Below are positions 1 through 11,816 of a stretch of 64,000 nt of DNA, one piece after another (position 1 is the first letter of the stretch; each line of letters begins with the position of its first letter). The stretch lies in assembly GCA_001179505.1 (NCBI GenBank), contig CDMY01000130.1, positions 120,632 through 184,631 of the forward strand, written 5' to 3'. Source of the stretch: Vitrella brassicaformis CCMP3155. Its lineage: Eukaryota; Protista; Chromerida. The notes under the pieces are model-generated. The model was not told the origin of the DNA. It did not search any database and saw only the letters and a list, made by a program, of their open reading frames with translations. A program made the translations under genes and the position numbers.

Positions 1-2232
1 TGTCTCAATGTCTGACCTTTGTCGTCTGCAAGCTGGTGGGGCTGCACGTCATGTAGAGCGCAGTAAGCAGCAGCAGTGCCCGTGGCCTGGCCCATCGCAG
101 CGCAGGTCTTCATCACACGCTGGCTGCCAAACACCACATGCGAGAACGACGCAAGCCTCCCGGCAAACATCAAATTGGTCGCATTCAGAGCCACTAGAGA
201 TCGCAGAGGAGTGCTGCATACATACATACACACACACACGAGCGCACACACACGCAGCCATGCGCGATGAGACGCAGGAAACACCACACACAAGTGAGCG
301 AATGCATGGGCTGTACAGGCAGGTGACCTACCTGTAAATATAAGGGAGGCGATGCCCTACAAACGCGGGGACGGACGTATCGAGAACACCCTTGACGGCG
401 TGTAGGTCAATATTCCATCCACCATGGGACACACGGTCCCAGAAAAGGGCAGGGGGACGGGACTTGTCCACATCTGATGAAAGCAGGTATGTATCAGTCC
501 ACCCGTCAACGTCTCCCTGTCTCGCCACTTACCTGGCAGGATGTCGTGCTGCGTCATGACGTATTGGCCTTGGAAGAGGCGACCTGAGAGCAAACAGGCG
601 GACAGATCGACACTCGTACATGTGTCGCGCCCACGTATGTATGTCGCCAGCGTACCTTGCCGTTTGCATGGCCACCACTCGAGCCACTCGATGGCCAGGT
701 TGTCGGCCTCAGGGTAGTTGCCGCTGTTTTTGATGTAGTCCCACACGCCCATGACGACCTCCATGAGTTTGTCCCTTATCTCCTCATTCTCGTGGATGGT
801 GTGGAACGGCCACGCCACCTCGATCCACCAGTAGCCGTACTCCAGGTCGTTGATTCCCCTGTAACGGAAATCCTCCTTGGTGTACCGAATCGCCCTGCAT
901 GACATGAGGCACACCACACATGAAGCAAAGCGAGATGCCAGAGTAAGTGCACCACGTGTCTGTCGTATTCGGCTGACCATGATGGAGGGGTGAAGGGCAT
1001 CTTGTGTGGGTGCTCCCTGGCGACGAAGGCCAGGCTGCTGCCCATGGTCTCCCCGTCCTCCTTGGGCAGCGCAAGGGACTCATTATACTGGTGCGACGAC
1101 TCACGACCTGCAAACAAACAAGAAGGCACATGCATTCGAGACGTGAGCGACTTATTCCCATTCTTTCTCACCGATAATGTGCGGCACTTCCGCCTCGGCG
1201 CCCAATCTCCCATCGCCCGTCGCATCGATGAAGACCTTGCCCTTGATCAAATAGCGAATCTGAGAAAGGCAAGGATCGTGCCATTTTGGACGACAAGCAC
1301 TTTTCCGAACGTATGCACCTGAGTTTCCTGGTTCTCTGCAATGATCTCTGTCACGGTCTTTGCCGGCGTCTTTGTGGCGCCGACTACCCAGGTGTTGAGC
1401 TGAGAAGAAACAGACAGGCAAGAAGAGCGCCGGTTCCGTATCTATAGATGTGCAGCAGCTTTTGTCGCACACGTACCAGCAGCTGACAGTTGGGCCCACT
1501 GGTCCGGAAGTAGTCGTAGAGGAAGAGGTCATGCATGCTGTGGCTTCGCTGGCCGTTCTTGACGGCATTCATGAGCGTGTATTCCTCAACAATCCCGCCC
1601 TCCCGTGTTTCTGTCGCCCTGTGTCTGCCGCGGACACCTGATCGATCAGCCACACCGTTTCAATGCAATGCGTGTGTAGACCAGCGACCCTGTCAACGTG
1701 TGTGTCTTTGGTCTGTGGGGGGTACGTACCGTGAAGGTCAGCACCGACCATGTGCAGCTTGGACTCAGACGACGCATTCCCGCCAAGCACACCCCTGATC
1801 ACCGCACCCACCGCGGTCACTTGCTCGCTCACAAACACGACGTTGCCTGGCCTGCCCCGTACGGTACCTGCTCTGAACGAGGATGGTCTTGGCGCCGCTC
1901 CTGCAAGAGGCCAGCGCGGCATTCGTTCCGGCGCTGCCTCCACCCGCCACCACCACTTCAGCCTCCAAGTACTTTGTCACCAAACCGCCACCGACGGGCT
2001 CATCTGCACCCACAGCCAAGGATTGTGACAGCCCGGCTGACGTTGATTGAGTCATCCGTGTTTCTTTCTTACTGTTTCTTGGCTTGTCGTCTGGCTCCAG
2101 TGTGAGTAGATTTTCCGCTTCGGCAGCTGACCTGGCTCCCTCCTCCTGTTCGGCGACTTCCGCCCTTGCCATCGTCAAACATGACGCCAGAAACGCGGCT
2201 GCGATCCATCCACACAAGAAACGAGGCCTCAT
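1..2232 (-). CDS. Secreted FAD-dependent oxidoreductase (FAD_oxidored/PF12831-type, bacterial-like), multi-exon; 3' end runs off the window
   Basis: Signal-like N-terminus [24 protein letters not shown]. Rossmann motif [17 protein letters not shown] and family motifs [39 protein letters not shown] and [39 protein letters not shown] lie on successive GT-AG exons. Confidence 0.9.
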
Positions 2233-2463
2233 GACAGCGAGAACTAAGAAGGCTTAGATCAGGTTGTGTGTTTCGACGCACGGCTCGCAAGTCAAAAACT
2301 CGCGCTAACGGCAGGGCACCTCGTACGTAAACTTGCCGTGCACCGGTGGTGATGCGGTGCACACTCCGGTAATGCTGCTCTCCGTAGTCTTGTCGTTTCC
2401 TTGTCTTGCCCTTATCCCGCTTCATCGTTGACGGCGACTGTCCGCCGCACCTCCATTGACTCG
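2233..2463. promoter_or_regulatory. Putative bidirectional promoter between FAD oxidoreductase and GH97
   Basis: 231-bp gap between two divergent ATGs (2232 minus, 2464 plus). Positional inference only; no motif identified. Confidence 0.4.
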
Positions 2464-5128
2464 ATGAGGGTCCCTCTCGTTGCTTGCGGCATGCTGCTCG
2501 CCCTGGCAACGACTGCCGAAGCATCACCTAACAGAGGTGGGGTAGGGTCCCACGAAAGCATCTGCCGTCATGTGCATGACCTGACTCACCCACGTTTTGT
2601 GTCTTTGTTTGGTGTGTTGGTTGGTCGTGTGCTGCTGTGCTGCCTCCAGAGGAGGCAGAGGAAAGGGACAGGTGCTGCGTCGACTGCCAGCTGTTCGACC
2701 TGCAGTGCTGGGCCTGCCATATCTTGGACATCTTCGATCGGACCTGCAGCGGGGATGAGTGGGCTACTGAGGGGAGCTTGGACGAGGCGGCCTTCATGGC
2801 GGCATCGGCCGAAGCTGATGTCCACGCTTTGGCCACTCAATCCGTCCTCTCGGTCATGGACTCGCCTTCCATCCCGGACTGGTCAGCCTATGTCGTGACG
2901 CTGTCTGTGGATAAGTCGGGCCGTCTGCGGTATGCTGTGGATTCACGCGACCCTTCTGCTCCGGTCATGCTGCCTTCAGCTCTCGGCATCTCGGTGGACG
3001 GCCATGATCTGGGCGTTGATGTGGAGCTGGTCGACAAGGAGGAGCGGCCAGTGGAGGAGAGCTATGTGACACGTGGCAAGCACAACTTGGCTGAGGCCAA
3101 GTACAACGATGTCTCGTTCACGTTTCGCCATCGTCCGTCGGATCGTCTCTGGCACCTCGACTTCCGCCTCTTCCCTGACGGGCTTGCCTTCCGCTACTCT
3201 CTGCCCGCCACAGATGCGGCAAGTCAATCGACGGTCAATGGTGAGGCGTCGCATTTCTCCTTCCGCTTCATGGACGACGACGACGCGCCCACCGACGACC
3301 ACCACCACGCTTGGTTTTTCCAACGTGACAGACTCAGCAACTATGAGCTGAGGACATATGCTGGCGTCTTTCAGAGTGCCCCTGCCAGCTCCCTTGCCTC
3401 TCGACCGAAGGGCAACGGCCCGCCGAACAGATATGGTGCCCCGCTGCTGTTCCACGATGTCTCAGAGGCTGGCGCTTTCCCCTATCGGCTGCTGACGGAA
3501 GCTGCTCTGTACGAGTACCCAGGGATGCGCTTTCTCGCCCTTCCAGACGGCAGGACATTCGCCGCCGACCTGGCCGACGAAGAAGTCACTCTATCGCTGC
3601 CCTTCAAAAGTCCGTGGCGCGTCATCTTGCTTGCCCGCACGCTCGACGACCTGATCAACAACAACGTCATCACGTCGCTGAACCCGCCCCCCGACCCCGC
3701 CCTTTTCCCCTCTCCCCCGCTCTACGCGAGGCCCGGCCGCTCCGTGTGGCGGTGGTGGCGCCACGGGACAGGCACGCCAGTCCAGGAGATTCAGTACATT
3801 GACAAAGCGGCTGAGCTCGGCTTCGAGTATACGACCATCGACGAAGGCTGGGCTGACTGGCCGGACAAGTGGGCAACGATGGAGGATATGTGCGAATATG
3901 GGCGGGAGAAGGGCGTCGGGGTCGTGCTGTGGAAGGACTGTGCTGAGGTGGAGAACCCGGAGAATGACTACAATGACCTTCGGAAGTTCCTCGACAATGT
4001 CAAGGCCACGGGAGCAGTGGGCGTCAAGTTCGACTTCTTCAACAGGTAGGGAAGATCGCACATCTAGGACAATGCCTATTGATGATCGCGAGAGTGATCA
4101 TTTCTGTGTTCCGTTTTGCAGTGAGAGCATTTTTCGAGTCCGTCTGCAAACGAAAATCCTCACAGAGGCCGCAAAGCGGTGAGTAAAAACAAGCATGAGG
4201 GATCAGGGCTGTGAACGTGATTGTGCCATGATGCAGGCAGCTCTTCATCAATTTCCATGGCATACAGGTGACGACAGGCACAAGAGAATACGCCAAGCTG
4301 CACAGTAGAATACTTGTTTTGTCTTCTGTATCCGTAATTCTCAGAAGCCCACTGGCGAATGGAGGAGCTTTCCCAACGAGCTGACGCGGGAGGCCGTGTG
4401 GGGCTTAGAGATCAACAAGATGTCGGACAACTACCCACCGATCGAGCCATCGCACAATGCCGCGCTGCCATGGGCGAGATTCGTGCTGGGTGCGGCCGAC
4501 TACACACCGCTCGCACTCGCCAAAAATCGGCGAGGGCCCACCACAGTGGTGAGGGAGAGAGAAAGAAATGGGCCACCAAGGCAGGCGCTGGGACGATGCA
4601 TGTGCTTTGGTCTGTGCGTTGCCTTTCCTTCTGTCTGTCTGTCTGTCTGTCTGTCTTCAGGTGCATCAGGTTGCCCTGCTGGTGTTGTTTGACTCGCCCC
4701 TTCAAACAATCGCCGAGGACCCTTTCTACATCCTCGACCCCAACAAGCCACACGCGGCCGCACTGGACGTCATCAAGGCCATCCCCACCACATGGCAGCG
4801 CACACGCGCCGTGGCCCCCAGCAGCATCGGCCGCCTGGCCGTCATGGCACGCAAAACCAACGAAGGAGACGTCTGGTTTTTGGCGGCCATCAACGGCCTC
4901 AGCGAGACGCAGACCGACATAGAGATTCCGGTGGACTTCCTGGACAGTGACAAGGTGTACGATATGGTGATGGTCTACACTGTCGAGACAGGGGGGGTGG
5001 GGGAGGGGCAATCGGTGATGCGGGAAGAGCGCAGGTGGGACGTTGGGCAGCGGGGGGCACTCAAGGGTGTGCGGTTACTGGCGGGGGATGGGATCGTTGT
5101 CATGTGGAGTCCTGTTGGTGGCAGCTGA
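2464..5128 (+). CDS. Secreted glycoside hydrolase family 97 (SusB/alpha-galactosidase-like), probably retaining subgroup, multi-exon
   Basis: Signal peptide MRVPLVACGMLLALATTAEA. GH97 motifs LDFRLFPDGLAFRY, KSPWRVILLA, PGRSVWRWW, YIDKAAELGFEYTTIDEGW, GVKFDFF, NFHG, TREAVWGLE, ADYTP, HQVALLVLFDSPLQ, AIPTTW and AVMARK. Stop TGA at 5126-5128. Confidence 0.93.
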
Positions 5129-5870
5129 GTGGTCAGTGTGCAAGGCCAGTTTTAGCTAGTGCACTTCTTGGTTGTAATGAATGGACACTTAGGGAGGCGT
5201 CCTTGGCTGGCACGCACTCGCTTTGTCGTTCATTCATTGTCATTGGTGTCGCTGTCATTCATTGGTCTTGCTTTGGCTGTCGTTTTTCGCGATGGATGGT
5301 AGGTCGGCATTTATTCATGTCTGCGTTGCTGTGTCTTTGCGATAAGGCTCGTGTGGCTGCGTGGCACATTTGTCGCTTGTGGAGATTTATCTCTTTCCGT
5401 GTTTCTTGTGTCCCATGTCCGTGTCTCTCATCTCGCATCGTACATGTGACCTAATGTGACCCCCTCCCTGAATGAATGGATGAATGGACGAATGAAGACA
5501 CACTTGCATGAAAGACAGTCGTCACTTAATCCTTCGCTCGTGCCAAATGACGAAAGGGCCCACGAGAAAATGTATTGTGGGTTTTAGAACAGAGACTTAT
5601 TTGCGCAGGACATCATACACATCCTGTCGCATCCACGCATCCAGCACCGATCTGGAAATTCATTCATTCATTCATTCATTCACTGAAAATTGAACAACAC
5701 CGTGAAACCCTTCGCGGCAGGAAATATGGTGCAGACGAATGACGCCTCGCTGTGGCTTCAGTCTTTCCTTGTACTGTAAGAGAGAGGGTGCTCCAACACC
5801 GCCATTTCCTCTGCTTCGCCTTCATGCTAGCTTTGGCCAGCGTACACCGTTACGGCCCGCATCAGTACGT

Positions 5871-7903
5871 ATGATGGGTGGGTATCTGGTGTGTCTGCTC
5901 GTCCTGGCAAGCGCCGTCGGCTCCGAGCGACCCCCGATCACCGCAGCTGAGTCAGACGAAGAGCGTCTTGGTGAATTCCTCACAGACAGACGCGACCATC
6001 AGCAGGGCGGCGATGTTGACGCAAGGGACAGCACAGGTACTGAGAGAGAGGAATCAGCGGCATCCGATTGCACTCATTTCTCCCTGTTTATTGTTGTTCT
6101 CGCTGATTGGTGCAGGTGTGCTCAGCCGCAGCCAGGCGCTGTGCGAATGCGAGACAGCCAGGCTACGCGAGTCGGCGGTCCTCCAGCGCATGGCTGCCTT
6201 GCAGGGCCTTCTTCAGAAGTCCCCCGTGTGTGGTGAAGGTGGATACAGCTTCGCCAGCCTGTGTCTGGCTCTCTGCCAGGGGTTCGACGTGGGCGAAAAG
6301 GGCATCACAGGCGGGGGATGCCCACCGTACAGTGCCAACAAGTGAGTGAGCCTGCCCGCCCTCCCCAATCATCTGCCTGTCTGTGGTCTTGCACGTGTGT
6401 ATCTTCAGAAATCTCGTGTTGCCACCTGCGATTGAGCTGCGGCGCATATTGAGCAGCAAGAGGCCCCATGAGGCCGCTTACCTGGGCCGCATCAAGCCAC
6501 GCGAGCCACCTAATCCCCTCAGCCCGTTCGATCGCAAAGCAGCCGATCACTTGGTCCCTCCCCCGACAAATGCATCGGTATGGGAGGGACTCTCGGGGCT
6601 GTCCAATCGCTCCTATGCTGTGAGGGGAGGGGATGTCTATCTGGTGGACAACGTCATGCCCGAGGAGCTGCGCAACCTCACTACCAGCTTCTGTCGTGGT
6701 GGTGTCTGTCCTGCGGGCAGCCGGGGCGGCTCGCAGGCAGTTGACCAAGAGAACGAGATAGCAACGAACGAGATGGGGCCCTGCCCCGAAAGTAACAACA
6801 GGAGCTGCCACGAGCCTGATCATAGAATACTCGTCCATGACTCGAGACAAGCGCCCTTTAATGTTGTTGGGCTCTTGGTTTCGGATCGGATCTGTACTGG
6901 GAGCCTCGTAATGGAGAAATATGTCTTGACAAACGCACATTGTCTGTATACGAAGGAGGGTAAGTGACACATCCATACCATACAATTCTGCCTCATCTTT
7001 CCGTGAATATTTCCTGTCTTTGTGCATCCAGGCGGATTCGCGAGTCTGACTTCATTCTGCCCGGGCTTTCATGGCGGTGAGGTATTCGACTGCGTCCGAA
7101 TGGTGGAATCGAGACTGGCAACTGAGTTCATTGAAATTGCTGACCTGTAAGTGAAGACTGTCGCCTGCCGTGTGCACGACTGATCACGCGCACGCTCTTT
7201 TTCATGTCTTCGTACAGTGAAACCTTTGATACTCACTTTGACTTCGCGCTCATTGAGCTCGAGAGGAACCCGGTGGGCTCTAATTTCTTTGGGATTCGCA
7301 CGCTGTGCGGTGCGGTCAAAGGCGGTCTGCCGTATATCGGGTATACAGACCATCGAATCACACACTGTGCCTTCAATGCTTCTCTCTGATGGCATGAATC
7401 CAGGTACCCGGGCGACCTTACCGTACCATTCAAAGAGACCCAGTGGCGCATGCCCCCGTCCAACCAGGGCCCAGGTGGCCGCAACGGCGACATTCACTTT
7501 CCCGCATGCAGACTCGACGGCACGCCGGCCAGAGTGGTGGATTACTTGACACATTGGGGCGACACAGGTGAGGAAAATACAGCAGACGCATACGTCACTA
7601 CATGAACGGCATGCCGTGGTGTTGCCTATCTGCATCATGCTTGTTTTTGTCAGCCCCTGGCATGTCCGGCAGGTACGCATGTTGCAGAAAGCGGTATGTC
7701 TGTCTGTGCTTGCATGTGATGCTGCGTGTCTCTGTTTCTTCAGCGGCATGTACGACACCGATAATGACGGCGGGACTTACATCGTGGCGGTGCATACCGC
7801 GACGAGCTCAGACCCAGCCATCAGGGAGAATTACGCAGTCGTCTTGACGACTGCCGTGCTGGACGTTCTTGCCGCGTGGCATGAGCAAATGGAATCGTCT
7901 TGA
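5871..7903 (+). CDS. Secreted Kazal-like domain + trypsin-like (V8/glutamyl endopeptidase-type) serine protease, copy 1
   Basis: Signal peptide MMGGYLVCLLVLASAVG. Kazal-like CEC...PVCGEGGYSFASLCLALC...GGC. Catalytic triad motifs CTGSLV..YVLTNAHC (His), FDFALIEL (Asp), IGYPGD and spliced GDTAPGMSGSGMY (Ser). All exons join in frame at GT-AG sites. Confidence 0.87.
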
Positions 7904-9403
7904 CATGCGACTGGACAGATAGACAGACAATACGGTGATCGGAGAAAGGGCCATCGTATGCCTATCATTCATGCAAGAGGTCCGTTTGTGCGTGTCATCA
8001 AGACTCATGGTGCCGTTTCGCTTGGTGGCTTCAGCTGTGTGGCTTTGCCTATTGATGTGGCTGACGTTCTGATGATTGCGAGTGCGTGACGGTATCTCTT
8101 CGCTGCGTCTGGCGACCTTCATATGTGTGACTGTCTCGTGTGCCTGTCTGTGTGCCTTTTCGTTTGCTTCTGCATGGAAAAGGGTGGGAGAGAGGAGACG
8201 ACGGAAATGTGAAGAGAGGAGCAGGGTAGAGAGAGTCATCGCATCAAGAGCTTGGTGAAGTGCAATTAATGACAGCCTTCCTTTCTGCTGAAGACAATGG
8301 AAGGGATCGACTGACTGACTGACTGACTGACAATTTGTCCGCCCGAAAACCCAGCACAGGTGGGGCGGACAGAGAGACAGAGAGACGAGACATCTACCGT
8401 AGTACAAGTTAGCTCTTTGTATGTATGTATGTATAGCACTAGCATGAGAGGGCCGGTGACCACCCGTCCTTTGCACGCATCGCTTTGTCTCTTTCGTTGT
8501 CGTTTCTTTTCCTTTTCGTTTCTTCCCCACGATCGTGTGTGTGCAAGTATACACGTATTGTTGTGTCTTTGCGAAAGGGCTCATGTACCTGTACGAATGG
8601 ACTGCTCGAAGGAGACAGGTTAGACAGTGCGCACGTGTAGGCAGGCATATTTGTCGCTTGTGACGTCCATGAAGATTCCTTTGTGTTGGTTGTGTCTCTT
8701 GTGTGTGCGATAAGCCTTCATTGTAAAAATCGCATGTGTTTTCGAGCTTTTGCTCCCGGCTTATATCATGGGAGGAATATACACACATCACAATGAAAAT
8801 CATCACCAAACATGGGCTTCAGGCCCGGTGTCTGTCGACAAAACTCGCCAAACGCGAGCCGTCGTAGACAGGAGACCCCTCTTCCCTTCTTTCCGTCTCT
8901 GCCTTGCCCAGAAAAAAGATATCTGTTCACTTACATGCGCATCCGCCACCAAGACACAGGCAGTCGATCAATGGCTTGCACACTAGACAGACAATATTTC
9001 CACTGATGTACATAGTACGCAGTGAATTAATAATCTCGGGATCGGTGTCGGCTCGTGACGCGGCAGAAAGCATGCCACCATCAGCACGCTTGAAAAAGCG
9101 CGATACAACTGTACTTGCCCACATCTCCCTGCTTGAATGGCTGACTGCAGGTCCATTCACTCACTCACCTGTGCAGTGCATAGACAAAGTCACTCGCGGG
9201 AGATGTAAATTTTCTGTGTCCGTACGAAGCCGTTGCGGGCAGCAAATCTCACGGCAGTCTTTTGGCGGTCAAGAACGAGGCTTGAAACAAGGCAGGGAAA
9301 GACAGAAAGGTGCCGTCTTTTGGCGGTCAGTTAACCCGTTAAGGAGGGAAGCAGCGTACGAAGACCTGAGCCTTGGCAGAGAAGGCCTTTGTTGCACAGG
9401 CAA

Positions 9404-11446
9404 ATGGCGGGTGCGTGTCTGCTGTTGTCTCTGCTCGCCCTGACAAGCGTTGTTGTTCGTTTCCAGCAACCCTTTATCAACCCAGCTGAGTCAGGCGAGG
9501 AGCGTCTTGCTGAATTTCTCACAGACAGACACGACCATCAGCACGGCAGCGATGTTGACGCGAGGGACAGCACAGGTACTGAGAGAAATCAGCGGCATCC
9601 GATTGCACTCATTTCTCCCTGTTTATTGTTGTTCTCGCTGATTGGTGCAGGTGTGCTCAGCCGCAGCCAGGTGTGCTCAGCCGCAGCCAGGCGTTGTGCG
9701 AATGCGAGATAGCCAGGCTACGCGAGTCGGCGGTCCTCCAGCGCATGGCTGCCTTGCAGGGCCTTCTTCAGAAGTCCCCCGTGTGTGGTGAAGGTGGATA
9801 CAGCTTCGCCAGCCTGTGTCTGGCTCTCTGCCAGGGATTCGACGTGGGCGAAAAGGGCATCACAGGCGGGGGATGCCCACCGTACAGTGCCAACAAGTGA
9901 GTGAGCCTGCCCGCCCTCCCCAATCATCTGCCTGTCTGTGGTCTTGCACGTGTGTATCTTCAGAAATCTCGTGTTGCCACCTGCGATTGAGCTGCGGCGC
10001 ATATTGAGCAGCAAGAGGCCCCAGGATGTCGCCTACCTGGGCCGCATCAAGCCACGCGAGCCGCCTAATCCCCTCAGCCCGTTCGATCGCAAAGCAGCCG
10101 ATCACTTGGTCCCTCCCCCGACAAATGCATCGGTATGGGAGGGACTCTCGGGGCTGTCCAATCGCTCCTACGCTGTGAGGGGAGGAGATGTCTATCTGGT
10201 GGACAACGTCATGCCAGAGGAGCTGCGCAACCTCACTACCAGCTTCTGTCGTGATGGTGTCTGTCCTGCGGGCAGCCGGGGCGGCTCGCAGGCAGTTGAC
10301 CAAGAGAACGAGATAGCAACGAACGAGATGGGGCCCTGCCCCGAAAGTAACAACAGGAGCTGCCACGAGCCTGATCATAGAATACTCGTCCATGACTCGA
10401 GACAAGCGCCCTTCAACATGGTCGGGCGCTTGATGACTGAGAATGGGGGCTGTACTGGGAGCCTCGTGTTCGACAAATACGTCTTGACGAACGCACATTG
10501 TCTTTACACCAAGGAGTGTAAGAAGCATATTCATACAATTCTACCTCATCTGTCTGTGAATATTTGTTTGTGCACGCAGACGGCCTTGCGAGTGAAATTG
10601 TGTTTTGCCCGGGCTTTCATGGCGGTGAGGTATTCGACTGCGTTCGGGGAGTGGAACACAGGATCTTAGCAGAGTACATGTTCCAAGAAACCTTGTAAGT
10701 GGGGGCTGTCTGCAGTGTGCACGAGTGATCATGGCACGCTCTTTCCATGTCTTCTTACAGTACAACCTTTGATACTACCTTTGACTTTGCGCTAATTGAG
10801 CTCGAGAGAAACTCGGTGGGCTCTTGGTTTGGGATTCGCACGCTGTGCGGTGCAGTCAAAGGCGGTCTGCCGTATATCGGGTTGAGTGCATCGACACGTT
10901 CACTTCCATCGAATCACACTGTGCGTTCAATGCTTCTCACTGATTGCATCAATGCAGGTATCCGAGCGACCTGAACTCAAACGAATACAGGTTGCCGGAC
11001 CAGTGGCGCATGCCCCCGTCCCACCAAGGCCCGGGTGGGCGCAACAGCAGCATTCACTTCCCCGCATGCAGACTCGACGGTTCGCAGACTGGAGTTGGTA
11101 TGTTTAACTTTTTGACACATTGGGGCGACACAGGTGAGGCAAATACAGCAGACGCATACGTCACTACATGAACGGCATGCCGTGGTGTTGCCTATCTGCA
11201 TCATGCTTGTTTTTGTCAGCCCCTGGCATGTCCGGCAGGAACGCATGTTGCAGAAAGCGGTATGTCTGTCTGTGCTTGCATGTGATGCTGTGTGTCTCTG
11301 TTTCTTCAGCGGCATGTACGACACCAATAGTGAAGGCGTCCCTTACATCGTGGCGGTGCACTAGTCCCAGGAATTACGCGACCGTCTTGACGACTGCCGT
11401 TGTGGATGTGATGACGGTGTGGCATGGGCAAATGGAATGGGGTTGA
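9404..11446 (+). CDS. Kazal-like + V8-like serine protease, copy 2; lesioned 3' end (possible pseudogene or altered isoform)
   Basis: Paralogue of 5871-7903 with signal peptide MAGACLLLSLLALTSVVV and the triad motifs retained. Carries a 20-nt duplication at the first acceptor, a GT>GA donor change at 11239-11240 and a net 23-nt deletion giving TAG at 11362-11364 in the spliced frame. Ancestral stop at 11446. Confidence 0.75.
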
Positions 11447-11816
11447 TATGCGACTGCACTAACGATAGAATGACGGAATGCAGTATGTGAGTGAAAGTCA
11501 GATGATGGCATGTGTCTCTGTGTGTTTTCTTTCACCGTCGAGTTCACCGTGTGGCCGATGGATCATTCATAGTAGAAGAAAGGAGGGGGGGCCAGCTGTG
11601 ACTGAGCGTGCAATCAGGTCATGCTGTGTCTCGTGTAGTCGGAATGGAGGAGGGCCAGTCTTTTTCTTTCTTCCTTCCTTCCTTTCTTTCTTTCGCCATG
11701 GTAGACAGACGATGAAGTGTTCGTTGCATTCCATGACCCTCACACAATAGAGCGGCGAGAATGCTTTCGTGCGCGTTGTTGGTGTCATGGTGCGTGTGTG
11801 TGGGGGGGGGGGGGGG

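Noticed and set aside
1-5128. Bacterial contamination as an explanation for the GH97 and oxidoreductase genes
   Set aside because: Both are interrupted by GT-AG introns with the same microsatellite style as the rest of the contig.
7808-8809. 333-aa minus-strand ORF, plus other long ORFs antisense to real exons (e.g. 6305-7027, 9860-10534, 56791-57561)
   Set aside because: Composition reflects microsatellites or is the antisense shadow of GC-rich exons; no motifs or splice support.
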